This document shows, piece by piece, positions 36,734 through 45,964 of a DNA stretch of 64,000 bases. The notes under the pieces are model-generated. The model saw nothing but the letters and a program-made list of their open reading frames with translations, was not told the DNA's origin and ran no database searches. Source of the DNA: Candidatus Sulfopaludibacter sp. SbA3 (GTDB lineage Bacteria > Acidobacteriota > Terriglobia > 20CM-2-55-15); assembly GCA_945865815.1 (NCBI GenBank), contig CAMBFR010000003.1, forward strand, positions 1,258 to 65,257, written 5' to 3'. Made by a program: the position numbers and the translations under genes. Positions within the stretch are counted from its first letter, which is position 1. Each line of letters begins with the position of its first letter.

Positions 36734-37717
36734 TCAGTATCCCACACTGCAATCCACAAGATTCAATGGCGGCTCTCCCCTTTGAAAGCGTCGAAGACTC
36801 TCGCTGAACAAATCAATGATGTCGTCCCAGTGATCGGGACGAAAACCAGAAGAGTGCGGGGTAATGACCACATTGGGGAGCGTCCACAAGGGGCTGGAAG
36901 GTTCGAGCGGCTCACGGTCGAAGACATCCAGGACGGCGCCGCCGAGATGTCCGCTCTCCAGCGCGCGGATCATTGCGCCGTCATCCACGATTTTTCCCCG
37001 GGCGACATTGACGATTATCGCGCCTCGATTGAGCAACGCGATCTGGCCGGCGCCGATCATGCGTTCCGTTTCGGGCAGGGCGGGCGCGGCAATAACAAGA
37101 GCATCGCATCCGCGCAGAGCGTCGTCGAGCTGGTCAGGCGGCAGAACGCGATCGACGAACGCCGGTTTTAGCTGATCGGTGCGGCGGCGGATGCCGGTGA
37201 CGCGCATGCCGAAGGCGTTTGCCCGGCGCGCGACTTCCGTGCCGGTCGTACCGAGGCCGACAATCGTCATCGACTTTCCATGTAACGCCCATGGCCACGC
37301 ATTACCGTTGAGCTCATTCTGAATCCATCGCCGCTCGCGTTGCGCGGCGAGAGTTAAATCGAAGCGCCGGCTGAGCACAAGCAGTCCGCCCATGACGTGC
37401 TCGGCCATCGTAATCGCCTGGACGCCCCGCGAATTGCTCAGCACAATCCCGCGCGAAGCCAGTTCGCTCAGGGGAAGGCTGGCCACTGCAGAGGCAGTGG
37501 AGTGGACCCACCGCAGGACCGGGGCCTGCCGGACGGCCTGAGCGCTCAAGCGGGATGACAACGCCACGTCCGCGCTCTCGATTTCCCTAAGAGCCTCGTC
37601 TTCGTCGAGTGCGTGGGCGAAGTCCACATCTGGAAATCGTTCCCTCAACTTCGACACTTGGGACTCCGAAATCACCCAGAACGCAACCGGCCACCTGGTA
37701 TAAACAAGCACTTTCAT
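36734..37717 (-). CDS. D-isomer-specific 2-hydroxyacid dehydrogenase (NAD-binding)
   Basis: GLGTTGTEVARRANAFGMRV Rossmann motif with the catalytic R/E/H arrangement of the D-2-hydroxyacid dehydrogenase family. Confidence 0.8.
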   Translation of the reverse strand: MKVLVYTRWPVAFWVISESQVSKLRERFPDVDFAHALDEDEALREIESADVALSSRLSAQAVRQAPVLRWVHSTASAVASLPLSELASRGIVLSNSRGVQAITMAEHVMGGLLVLSRRFDLTLAAQRERRWIQNELNGNAWPWALHGKSMTIVGLGTTGTEVARRANAFGMRVTGIRRRTDQLKPAFVDRVLPPDQLDDALRGCDALVIAAPALPETERMIGAGQIALLNRGAIIVNVARGKIVDDGAMIRALESGHLGGAVLDVFDREPLEPSSPLWTLPNVVITPHSSGFRPDHWDDIIDLFSESLRRFQRGEPPLNLVDCSVGY

Positions 37718-37768
37718 ACGGACTGTCAGCCGCGGAGCGGCGGCACTGTTTTACGCAGTTCATTCAAG

Positions 37769-38290
37769 CTAGTAGTTGACCAGCGAAATGACGTTGTAGC
37801 CATTCAGACGATCGCGGCCCTTCAGGAAGTCGAGTTCCACGACGAACGTCGTGGCGGCGACCTTTGCGCCCAGTTTCTCCACAAGCCGGATTGTGGCCAG
37901 CGCGGTGCCTCCCGTCGCAAGAAGGTCATCGGCAATGACAACGCGGGCGCCGGGCTTCAGGGCGTCCTTGTGAATTTCCAGCTTGTCCGTTCCATATTCG
38001 AGTTCATAGCTGACGCTTTCGGTCGGCGCCGGCAATTTCTTAGGCTTGCGAACGGGGACGAAACCTGTACCGAGATGGTAGGCGAGGGCAGGCGCGAATA
38101 TGAATCCACGGGCTTCAATGCCGAGAATCAAATCGGGTTTCAGGGGGCGAACTTTTTCGGTCAGGCAGTCGATCACATTTCGGAAACCCGTGGGATCCTT
38201 GAGCAACGTCGTTATGTCATAAAAAAGGATGCCAGGCTTGGGAAAATCGGGAACCTCGCGAATCAACTTCTTGAATTCATCCATGATCAA
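37769..38290 (-). CDS. apt: adenine phosphoribosyltransferase
   Basis: Full-length Apt with PRPP-binding motif [13 protein letters not shown]. Confidence 0.9.
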   Translation of the reverse strand: MIMDEFKKLIREVPDFPKPGILFYDITTLLKDPTGFRNVIDCLTEKVRPLKPDLILGIEARGFIFAPALAYHLGTGFVPVRKPKKLPAPTESVSYELEYGTDKLEIHKDALKPGARVVIADDLLATGGTALATIRLVEKLGAKVAATTFVVELDFLKGRDRLNGYNVISLVNY

Positions 38291-38311
38291 CCTCGAATAA
38301 GAAAGGAGCGT

Positions 38312-38335
38312 TTTGCGCGTATCACGGACGGATTG
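38312..38335. promoter_or_regulatory. perfect 24-bp AT-rich palindrome GATTCGAATTTCGAAATTCGAATC between nadA and apt
   Basis: Self-complementary over all 24 nt, in an 83-bp gap between the nadA stop and the apt start. No U-tract follows on the minus strand. Confidence 0.4.
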
Positions 38336-38373
38336 TAACTGGAATTGCCGGATTCGAATTTCGAAATTCGAAT

Positions 38374-39462
38374 CTAGTTGGTGATTTCCAGCATTCGGTT
38401 GAGGGCAATGCGGGCGGATGCGGCGACGTCTGGAAGGACTGAAATTTGATTCACAACACGGCCTTCAAACAGGTTCTCCAGAGTCCAGAGCAGGTGCGGC
38501 GCATCGATGCGGAACATCGTCGAACAAAGGCAGCCGCAGTCGTCGAGCGGAATGATCAGGCGGTCAGGGTTCTCGTTCCGGAGGCGGTTGACCAGATGAA
38601 TCTCGGTGCCGATGGCCCACTTGCTGCCGGCCGGAGCCTCTGTAACGCGTTTGATGATGTGTTCGGTGGAACCGACGTCGTCAGAAAGCCGGGTGACTTC
38701 AAAGCGGCATTCCGGGTGGGCGATGACGCGGATTCCGGGATGCTTCGCCCGTACCTCGGCAACGTGTTGCGGCAAAAAACGCTGATGTACCGAACAATGC
38801 CCCTTCCAGAGAATGAACCGGGCGGCGCTCACTTCGCTTTCGGTGTTTCCTCCCAGCTCTTCGTAAGGGTCCCACACCATCATTTCGTCAAGACGATAGC
38901 CAAGCGCATAAGCCGTGTTCCTCCCCAGATGCTGGTCGGGAAGAAACAGAACCTTGTCCCCGCGGTCCAGCGCCCAGCGCATTACCGCTGAAGCATTCGA
39001 AGAGGTGCAAACGGCGCCGCCATTTCGGCCGCAGAACGCTTTGATATTCGCAGCCGAATTCATGTAGGTGATTGGAACGATTTTTTCCGGCGTAATCCCG
39101 GCGAGGTCGTTCCAGCAGGTTTCGACCTGGTCGATTGCGGCCATGTCGGCCATCGAGCAGCCGGCGCTCATATCCGGGAGGACGACCTTCTGATTGGCGG
39201 AGCTCAGGATATCCGCGCTTTCGGCCATGAAATGAACGCCGCAAAACACAATGTATTCAGCGTCTTTGCGGTTGGCGGCCCACTCGGCAAGTTTGAACGA
39301 ATCGCCCCGCACGTCGGCGAATTTGATCACTTCGTCACGCTGGTAGTGATGCCCGAGGATCACCAGACGCCGGCCAAGGCGCTCACGCACCTCACGGATT
39401 CGGGCATCGGTCTCGTGTTCGGTCAATTCGCCGAACTGTTCCGGCAGGATGGTCTGAAGCAT
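38374..39462 (-). CDS. nadA: quinolinate synthase
   Basis: Full-length NadA with the three conserved Cys for the 4Fe-4S cluster. Confidence 0.9.
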   Translation of the reverse strand: MLQTILPEQFGELTEHETDARIREVRERLGRRLVILGHHYQRDEVIKFADVRGDSFKLAEWAANRKDAEYIVFCGVHFMAESADILSSANQKVVLPDMSAGCSMADMAAIDQVETCWNDLAGITPEKIVPITYMNSAANIKAFCGRNGGAVCTSSNASAVMRWALDRGDKVLFLPDQHLGRNTAYALGYRLDEMMVWDPYEELGGNTESEVSAARFILWKGHCSVHQRFLPQHVAEVRAKHPGIRVIAHPECRFEVTRLSDDVGSTEHIIKRVTEAPAGSKWAIGTEIHLVNRLRNENPDRLIIPLDDCGCLCSTMFRIDAPHLLWTLENLFEGRVVNQISVLPDVAASARIALNRMLEITN

Positions 39463-39492
39463 AGTCTAGAACCTTTGATGTTAGCACAAGTA

Positions 39493-39792
39493 GGCGCGGG
39501 GCTTCAGCCCCGCGCAAAACCTCCCCTCCTGGATTAGGAGGGGTGCCGGTCGCGTTTTTTCAGCGAACGGCGGGGTGGTGTACATGCTGCGAAGCCACCC
39601 TATGGATATTCGCGCAGCGCACCGATTTGAATGAGCGCTACGCGAGCATCCATAAGGTGGCTTCGCGTCATTCCGTACCACCCCGTCTGCGCCTTCGGCG
39701 CAGCCACCCCTCCTAAGACAGGAGGGGAGTTCGGACTCGCGTTTCGCTTGCTCGACATAATGTCCACACTTCAGGCACGGGACTGAAGCCTA
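39493..39792. repeat. copy D of the GC-rich nested-palindrome repeat family
   Basis: Same module order as copy B. Reverse-complement of copy C, about 85-90% identical by eye. Confidence 0.65.
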
Positions 39793-39837
39793 AAGTCTTT
39801 GGACGCCGCACCCGATATAACAATCGGACCTTCTTAT

Positions 39838-40629
39838 ATGACAACAGCGGTACAAGACTACAGGCGCAGACTCCATGCGATCCGGGACCTGCCGACGTTG
39901 CCGGTTATCGCACAGAGAATATTGACTTTGGCAGACGACTCCGACACGGGAGCGGAAAAGCTGTCGGAGATCATCCGTAGCGACCAGGCGTTGTCGGTCA
40001 AGGTTCTGAGCCTCGCAAACTCGGCGTATTTCGGATATCGCGCGAGGATCGGCACGATCCATCAAGCCGTCGTGGTCATCGGCGCCAACATGCTGAAACA
40101 GCTCGCGCTCAGCGTATTGGTCTGCGGTTCAATCGACAAGAACCGGCGAAGCCGAACCGAATTCTGGCGGCACTCCCTCGCAACCGCAATGGCGGCATCA
40201 TTGATCGCAGCAAAGGCAAGGATTCCCTCCCCCGACGTGTGCTTCATGGGCGGATTGCTTCACGATGTCGGGAAACTGATCCTTTGCACCTATCCGCCTG
40301 AAGCAGATGACAACGAGGAATCCACCGTGAATCACTCCGAAGTTGGCGGATGGATGGCCGAGCGCTGGCAACTTCCTCCCGAGCTCGTCGACGCCATCGC
40401 TTTTCATCATTCGCCGGATTACGGCGGCCTGCCCACTGCGCGAACCGTGGCATGTGTCAGCCTGGCCAATGCATGCGCGCATATCGCCGCCGCGGATTCC
40501 GAGGGGGAACACGCGGTCGAAGTTCATCCGATTACATTGCATACCCTGGGGTTCAGTGATGCGGAGTTCGTGGAAGTCGCCGCAGATCTGCAGAGCCGCA
40601 TCGACCAGGTCAATGAGCTCCTGATATGA
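39838..40629 (+). CDS. HDOD domain signalling protein
   Basis: HDOD signature (LPTLPVIAQRILTL...SDQALSVKVLSLANSAYFG...GGLLHDVGKLIL...AFHHSP). Confidence 0.75.
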   Translation: MTTAVQDYRRRLHAIRDLPTLPVIAQRILTLADDSDTGAEKLSEIIRSDQALSVKVLSLANSAYFGYRARIGTIHQAVVVIGANMLKQLALSVLVCGSIDKNRRSRTEFWRHSLATAMAASLIAAKARIPSPDVCFMGGLLHDVGKLILCTYPPEADDNEESTVNHSEVGGWMAERWQLPPELVDAIAFHHSPDYGGLPTARTVACVSLANACAHIAAADSEGEHAVEVHPITLHTLGFSDAEFVEVAADLQSRIDQVNELLI

Positions 40630-42626
40630 CGACGCCGCAAGACCTCGAACGGCGAATCTCTTTCCTGGCCTCCGCGCTCGAACAGGCCAACGCCACGATG
40701 CGCGGCAAGCTGGATGAACTGTCGCTGGTCCGGCGCGTGGGCGACGCGATCAGCCAGCACACATCTTCCTGGTCGTTGTGCGCCGAGCTGTCGGCGGCAG
40801 TGGCTGAAAGCGTGAACTGCAAATATACGTTGATCTACACGTGCGATGCCTCCTCCACGTTCGATCTGCAGACGGTTTCAAGCATCTATTCAATAACGGA
40901 GGGATTTCCGAAAACCCTCCGTGACTCGAAACTCGCTGAACACTTCGAACACCATTCGGACCCGGTGCACATTGAAAATCTGGCGGAGTGTCCGGAGTGG
41001 AACGCGGACTGGCCATTTCCTCGAGACCTGTCGTCGTGGCTTTGCGTCCCTCTCCTCACGCGGGACAAACTGCGCGGCGTGCTGTGCCTTGCGGACGACG
41101 TTTCCGGAAGCTTCGACGAACGGACGCTTCGAACGCTGATGACGGTGGTGCCGCAGATGGCGTCCGCCCTTGCGAATATCGGCCTGTATAGCCACCTTCG
41201 GGAATCCGAAAAGAAGTACCGCACACTTGTCGCCGGGATGCAGGACGTTGTCTATATCTGCGATTCAAACTGGCAGATCGTGGAATGCAATCCCGCCGCC
41301 GAAACACTATTCGGCGAAAGAGTCGTCGGGAAGATCCTGACGGACCTTTTCGCATCGCATTCGGCGGCGACCGAATTCGTCGAAAAGATCGGCGCGTCCG
41401 GGGCGGCGCAGAACCTGGAAATCGAGATGGTTACCGCGCAACACGAGCGCATTGCCGCGTTGTTGAGCTGCGTCAAAGACCACAATCGTTATTCGGGAAT
41501 CATCAAGGATGTTACCGAGCGGAACCGGCTGTTCGAACATGTTGCTCGATCCCAGAAAATGGAGTCGATCGGCACGCTTGCCAGCGGCGTCGCTCACGAT
41601 TTCAACAACATCCTGGGAATCATTCTGCCCAACGCCGAACTCATCAAGATGAAGCTCAATTCGGAAGGCCCCGCAATTAAGTACGCAGACGTGATCATCA
41701 ATGCCTCCAAGCGGGCTTCCCAGATCACCAAACAACTGCTCTCGCTGTCGCGCAAGGATCCGCGAAACCTGAGACCCGTCAGCCTGAACGAAGCTGTCCG
41801 GATGACAGGCAGGCTCCTCGGCGAGACCATGGACCGCCGAATCCGCGTTGAGTTCAGCCTCACGCCGGAATCCACTGTCATCAGGGCCGACGAGACGCAG
41901 ATTGAACAGGTCCTGCTGAACCTTGCGATCAACGCCCGTGATGCCATGCCGGAGGGCGGCCAGCTGAAGTTCACAACGGAAAACCGGAATGGCGAAGTTT
42001 CGGTTCGGGTCTCCGACACCGGCACGGGAATCGATCGGACGGTACTGCCGAAAATATTCGATCCGTTCTTCACTACCAAGGAAAAATCCAAAGGGACCGG
42101 GCTCGGGCTGAGCGTCGTTTACGGAATCGTGAAGCAGGCCGGAGGGTCCGTGGATGTTGAAAGCGAACTCGGCAAGGGCACGGAGTTCATCATGAAGTTT
42201 CCGTGTTCGGAGGAGTCCGCCAAACGCACTGCCGCCTCCAACAGCCCGATGAGGGGAGGTTCGGAGCGAATCCTGATTGTGGATGACGAACCGGAGATGC
42301 TCAACCTGCTTGAGAACACCCTGAGCAGCGTCGGCTACTCGGTCGTCCGGGCGGAGAACGGCCTCGAAGCCGTTGAAGCGATCTCCGGCGATGTCGAACT
42401 CGTGATTCTCGACATGATCATGCCGGTCATGGATGGTCTTACTGCACTACGGGCCATCAGGCAGAAGGTCCCGGGCATGAAGATACTCATCTCCAGCGGA
42501 TTCACCTCTTCCGAAAAGATCTCAATGCTCGAAAGAATGGGCGTTGAAGGCTTCGTCCAGAAGCCGTTCGAGCTGCGGAAACTCGCGTCCACTATCCGGG
42601 ACGTGCTTGACGGGGTCGCAGTCTAA
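40626..42626 (+). CDS. hybrid sensor histidine kinase (GAF-PAS-HisKA-HATPase_c-REC)
   Basis: H-box SGVAHDFNNILGII. N/G1/G2 boxes LLNLAINARDAM / DTGTGI / GTGLGL. C-terminal receiver ILIVDDEPEM...DMIMPVMDG. Its start overlaps the HDOD gene stop. Confidence 0.85.
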   Translation: MTTPQDLERRISFLASALEQANATMRGKLDELSLVRRVGDAISQHTSSWSLCAELSAAVAESVNCKYTLIYTCDASSTFDLQTVSSIYSITEGFPKTLRDSKLAEHFEHHSDPVHIENLAECPEWNADWPFPRDLSSWLCVPLLTRDKLRGVLCLADDVSGSFDERTLRTLMTVVPQMASALANIGLYSHLRESEKKYRTLVAGMQDVVYICDSNWQIVECNPAAETLFGERVVGKILTDLFASHSAATEFVEKIGASGAAQNLEIEMVTAQHERIAALLSCVKDHNRYSGIIKDVTERNRLFEHVARSQKMESIGTLASGVAHDFNNILGIILPNAELIKMKLNSEGPAIKYADVIINASKRASQITKQLLSLSRKDPRNLRPVSLNEAVRMTGRLLGETMDRRIRVEFSLTPESTVIRADETQIEQVLLNLAINARDAMPEGGQLKFTTENRNGEVSVRVSDTGTGIDRTVLPKIFDPFFTTKEKSKGTGLGLSVVYGIVKQAGGSVDVESELGKGTEFIMKFPCSEESAKRTAASNSPMRGGSERILIVDDEPEMLNLLENTLSSVGYSVVRAENGLEAVEAISGDVELVILDMIMPVMDGLTALRAIRQKVPGMKILISSGFTSSEKISMLERMGVEGFVQKPFELRKLASTIRDVLDGVAV

Positions 42627-42674
42627 AACGTACCATTCCCACGCAGTTACTAATCTTCAGGAGAATGGTGTTTA

Positions 42675-43049
42675 ATGGCGGACCGCTCGGAAACCAAAGA
42701 AAAATGGCCCTCATACACGATGGTCGATCCGCGAATGCGGAAGATTTATTTTCAGTTCTACCAGGAAACCTACAAGTCCTCTCATCTTGATCGAAAAACG
42801 AAGGAACTGATTGCGATTGCCGCATCAATGGCAACGCACTGTAAAGGATGCCTGGAAGGACATATCAAGAAGGCCCTGAAATACGGCGCCACCAAAGAAG
42901 AGCTTAGTGAAACCATCGCAATAACCATGGGCGTAGGCGCCGCTGCCATGGTGGACCTAACCGACATCGCAGCGGAAAACCTGAGGATCCGGCACTTCGA
43001 TGGCACTCGTGCTCCGGAGGAACCGCGGGAAGTTTCGCCGGAGGACTAA
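42675..43049 (+). CDS. carboxymuconolactone decarboxylase (AhpD-like) family protein
   Basis: AhpD-like CxxxH motif within THCKGCLEGHIK, in a 4-helix CMD fold. The protein is 124 aa. Confidence 0.7.
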   Translation: MADRSETKEKWPSYTMVDPRMRKIYFQFYQETYKSSHLDRKTKELIAIAASMATHCKGCLEGHIKKALKYGATKEELSETIAITMGVGAAAMVDLTDIAAENLRIRHFDGTRAPEEPREVSPED

Positions 43050-43050
43050 C

Positions 43051-43992
43051 ATGCCTCGTCGACTGCTTCGACTTCTCGTACTTTCTGCATTACTGGCCTG
43101 CACGCTCGAACTGATCGCTCAGCGCGGCGCGCCCGGCCAGCAAGGACAGCAAGGCCAACAGCAGCGCGACGCCATCCCACCCGGATCGCGCGTCGAGTAC
43201 AAGACATTTCAAAGCAAGCTGCTTGCCCGCGAACTCCGGTACGCGATCTACCTGCCTAAGTCCTACGCGGCCTCGAATACCAGGTATCCCATCGTCTACT
43301 TCCTGCACGGACTTCAGGAAAACGAGATGCGATGGAGCACCCGCGGTCGGGCCGACTTGATGCTCGACAGCATGGTGAGCGAAGGCAGGATCGGCGAATT
43401 CATCGTTGCGATTCCGTTTGGCGCCACCAGTTTCTATACCAACACCCGCGACGGCAGCGAGCCGTGGGAGGACATGGTAATCAAGGAGTTCATTCCGCTG
43501 ATCGAGACGTCTTATCGCGTGAACAACACGCGGCAGAATCGCGGAATCAGCGGAATTTCCATGGGAGGTTACGGAGCACTGAAAATTGCCCTGAAAAATC
43601 CCGACATGTTCGGCGCCGTCAGCGCCCACAGCCCCGCGCTCATCGAGGATTTTTCCACCACGAATGTCGCGGGACGGCGTCTTCAGATGTTCGAAGCGCT
43701 TTTCGACAGGATCTACGGCATGAAGCAGGACCTTGCCTACTGGGACCAGAACAACCCGCTCACTCTCATCCGGAATACAGGCCGCCTCAACGGACTGAAG
43801 ATCTACGTCGATTGCGGCACCGAGGACGAGTACGGCTTTTATCTCGGAGCGAAAACGCTCGACGACATCCTGACCAAAGCGTCCTACGCTCATGAGGTTC
43901 ATCTTTATCCCGGTAATCACGGCTGGGACTATGCCGCGCGGCACGTACCCGAATCGCTGCAGTTTCACTGGCGGGCATTCAGGGGGCTGTAG
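43051..43992 (+). CDS. secreted putative esterase (esterase D / enterochelin-esterase-like alpha/beta hydrolase)
   Basis: Signal peptide MPRRLLRLLVLSALLA. YPIVYFLHG and nucleophile-elbow GISMGG motifs. GGAGGA lies before the ATG at 43051. A Gln-Gly microrepeat (GQQGQQGQQQ) follows the signal peptide. Confidence 0.75.
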   Translation: MPRRLLRLLVLSALLACTLELIAQRGAPGQQGQQGQQQRDAIPPGSRVEYKTFQSKLLARELRYAIYLPKSYAASNTRYPIVYFLHGLQENEMRWSTRGRADLMLDSMVSEGRIGEFIVAIPFGATSFYTNTRDGSEPWEDMVIKEFIPLIETSYRVNNTRQNRGISGISMGGYGALKIALKNPDMFGAVSAHSPALIEDFSTTNVAGRRLQMFEALFDRIYGMKQDLAYWDQNNPLTLIRNTGRLNGLKIYVDCGTEDEYGFYLGAKTLDDILTKASYAHEVHLYPGNHGWDYAARHVPESLQFHWRAFRGL

Positions 43993-44012
43993 CCTGATCT
44001 GGGCTGGACAGC

Positions 44013-45131
44013 ATGGAGTTCCTCTTCCAGTCTATTCAATACAACAAGTCGTCCTTCCTCGAACAGTCGTTACCCGCAATTCCAAAACACTCCGGCATCT
44101 ACAGAATCTTCGATCTTCGCGGCAAGCTGATCGTTCTCGATAAGACCAGCAACCTCCACAACCGCCTGGAACGGTTTTACGGACCGCGTTCCGAATTGTT
44201 GCGCGACCTGGACCTGCGGGAGATCACCGGGCACATGGAATTCATCCGAACAGATTCCACTTTTGAAACCCTGTACCTGCTCTATCTGGAACGGCGGCGG
44301 CTGTTCCCGAAAACGTATCGCAAGATGCGGACGTTCCGGCTGTTTCCGCTCATGAAAATCAATCGCAGGCAGCGGTTTCCCCGTATCTATTCCAGCCGGC
44401 AAATCAAGAACGGCGTCGACTATTTCGGGCCATTTGTCACACGCGGGCAGTTCTCCCGGCTGAAAACCGCTCTCGAGCGCACGTTCAAATTGCGCCCCTG
44501 CCTTTACAACATCCGTGGAAACGATCCGCACGCCGACTGCATGTACTTCCAGATGCGAACGTGCTCACGTCCGTGCAACAACGACCTCGACCGGCGCGCC
44601 TACCTGGAGGACGTGGACCAGGCGATCGCCTTCATTCGGGGCGGCGATGAAGAAATCGAAAGATCGCTTCTCGAACAGATGAGTTCCCTCTCGGCGGAAA
44701 TGAAATTCGAAGAGGCAGAGCTCCTGCGCCGAAGGCTGGACAGGATTCAACGCGCACGGCAGGACGCCAAAGACACATTCTTTTCGATCTGGAATTTCAA
44801 CTACCTGGCGGTATTGCCATCGGACTCTGTTTCGCGCTGCAGAATCGCTTTCGTGCGGGAGGGGAGCATCGTCGCATTCCAGCAATACGATATCGAGTCG
44901 CTGAAGGATTTGCTCAGTCCGGACCTTCAACGATTCTATGATTCCTCAACGCTCACAATTTCGCGCGAATACCAGTACGACGAATTTTGCCTGGTCTGTA
45001 ATTTCATCGTAGACCCGTTGCAAACGGTCGAACTGATCCCCTTTCGCGGCCACGAAGATATGCCCGAAGCCGTGATCACGCGAATACAGCAGAAGCGGCG
45101 AAAGCGAAACAGCTCAGTGCCGCCCGTTTAA
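44013..45131 (+). CDS. UvrC N-terminal-half homolog: GIY-YIG nuclease + Cys4 + UVR domain, without the UvrC RNase H-like and HhH domains
   Basis: Collinear with E. coli UvrC residues ~15-250: SGIYRIFDLRGKLIVLDKTSNLHNRLERFY (GIY-YIG), VDYFGPF...FKLRPC...ADCMYFQMRTCSRPC (Cys-rich), EDVDQAIAFIRGGDEEIERSLLEQMSSLSAEMKFEEAELLRRRLDRIQRA (UVR). The C-terminal ~120 aa are unrelated to UvrC. Confidence 0.6.
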   Translation: MEFLFQSIQYNKSSFLEQSLPAIPKHSGIYRIFDLRGKLIVLDKTSNLHNRLERFYGPRSELLRDLDLREITGHMEFIRTDSTFETLYLLYLERRRLFPKTYRKMRTFRLFPLMKINRRQRFPRIYSSRQIKNGVDYFGPFVTRGQFSRLKTALERTFKLRPCLYNIRGNDPHADCMYFQMRTCSRPCNNDLDRRAYLEDVDQAIAFIRGGDEEIERSLLEQMSSLSAEMKFEEAELLRRRLDRIQRARQDAKDTFFSIWNFNYLAVLPSDSVSRCRIAFVREGSIVAFQQYDIESLKDLLSPDLQRFYDSSTLTISREYQYDEFCLVCNFIVDPLQTVELIPFRGHEDMPEAVITRIQQKRRKRNSSVPPV

Positions 45132-45371
45132 TTTGTGCTGGGAAATTTTGCGATTGAGAGTGTTGCGATGCATCCCAAGGACTTTTGCCGCCTTGGTTTG
45201 ATTTCCGCCTGTCCTGGCGAGCGCGTTCTGTATGAATTTTTTCTCGAACTCATTGACCGCCTCCCCCAAAAAGATCCGGCGTTCAATCATTTCTATAACG
45301 AGGGATTCCAGCTTTTCTTTCACTTCTGATCCTTGCTTGCGTTTCTTACGTTTCTCGCCACCATTGCTCAA
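45114..45371 (-). CDS. small Fis/NtrC-C-terminal-type HTH DNA-binding protein
   Basis: C-terminus FIQNALARTGGNQTKAAKVLGMHRNTLNRKI is a classic HTH_8 (Fis-type) motif. Its 5' end overlaps the cvpA 3' end, so the real start may be the internal Met near 45290. Confidence 0.5.
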   Translation of the reverse strand: MSNGGEKRKKRKQGSEVKEKLESLVIEMIERRIFLGEAVNEFEKKFIQNALARTGGNQTKAAKVLGMHRNTLNRKISQHKLNGRH

Positions 45372-45885
45372 TTGCGCGATAGCCCACGAGGAACCTGGCC
45401 TTCAACTCGTACGGCGTCACCAGCGCAATTACTCGCGAACCAGGCAGCAGGTATGGAGCCAATTCTGAATTCTTTACCCTGTCTGTCTGAATTTCGAACG
45501 CAGTAAGGCCCAGCAGCAGCGCTGCTCCGATCACCCAGCCGCGGATGAAGCCGAATGCGGCGCCCAGAATACGATCCGCCCATTCGAGCTTCGCGGCCTT
45601 GATGAACTTCCTTGCCAGCCAGATGATCGCGGCGCCGGCGAGAAGCGTCCCCACAAAGACCACAGAGGCCCCCAAGAATAGAGCAAGGTTTTCCGTTCTG
45701 ACAACATCTTTGAAGAGCGGCGCCACCCCGCGATACGACCAGGATGCAAGAAGGATAGCGGCGACGAGCGTGGCCAGTCCCAGCGTTTCACGAACGAAAC
45801 CGTGAAACGCGCTGGCAGCAACCGAATAAACGATCAACGCAAGCAGAACCCAGTCCAGTATTGAGAAATTCATGATTGCCGTCAT
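45346..45885 (-). CDS. cvpA: CvpA family membrane protein
   Basis: Four-helix hydrophobic protein (ILDWVLLALIVYSVAASAFHGFVRE...). It lies upstream of purC, as in many genomes. Confidence 0.8.
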   Translation of the reverse strand: MTAIMNFSILDWVLLALIVYSVAASAFHGFVRETLGLATLVAAILLASWSYRGVAPLFKDVVRTENLALFLGASVVFVGTLLAGAAIIWLARKFIKAAKLEWADRILGAAFGFIRGWVIGAALLLGLTAFEIQTDRVKNSELAPYLLPGSRVIALVTPYELKARFLVGYRAIEQWWRET

Positions 45886-45964
45886 CTACTTGATGGCTGC
45901 GCCCTCGGCTTAGGTTTCGCGCTTTCGCGCTCACGCTTCGCGTCGGGCTTGCATTCGCAGCCGC

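Noticed and set aside
40886-42592. Antisense ORFs within the hybrid histidine kinase gene
   Set aside because: The sense frame contains complete HisKA/HATPase/REC motifs.
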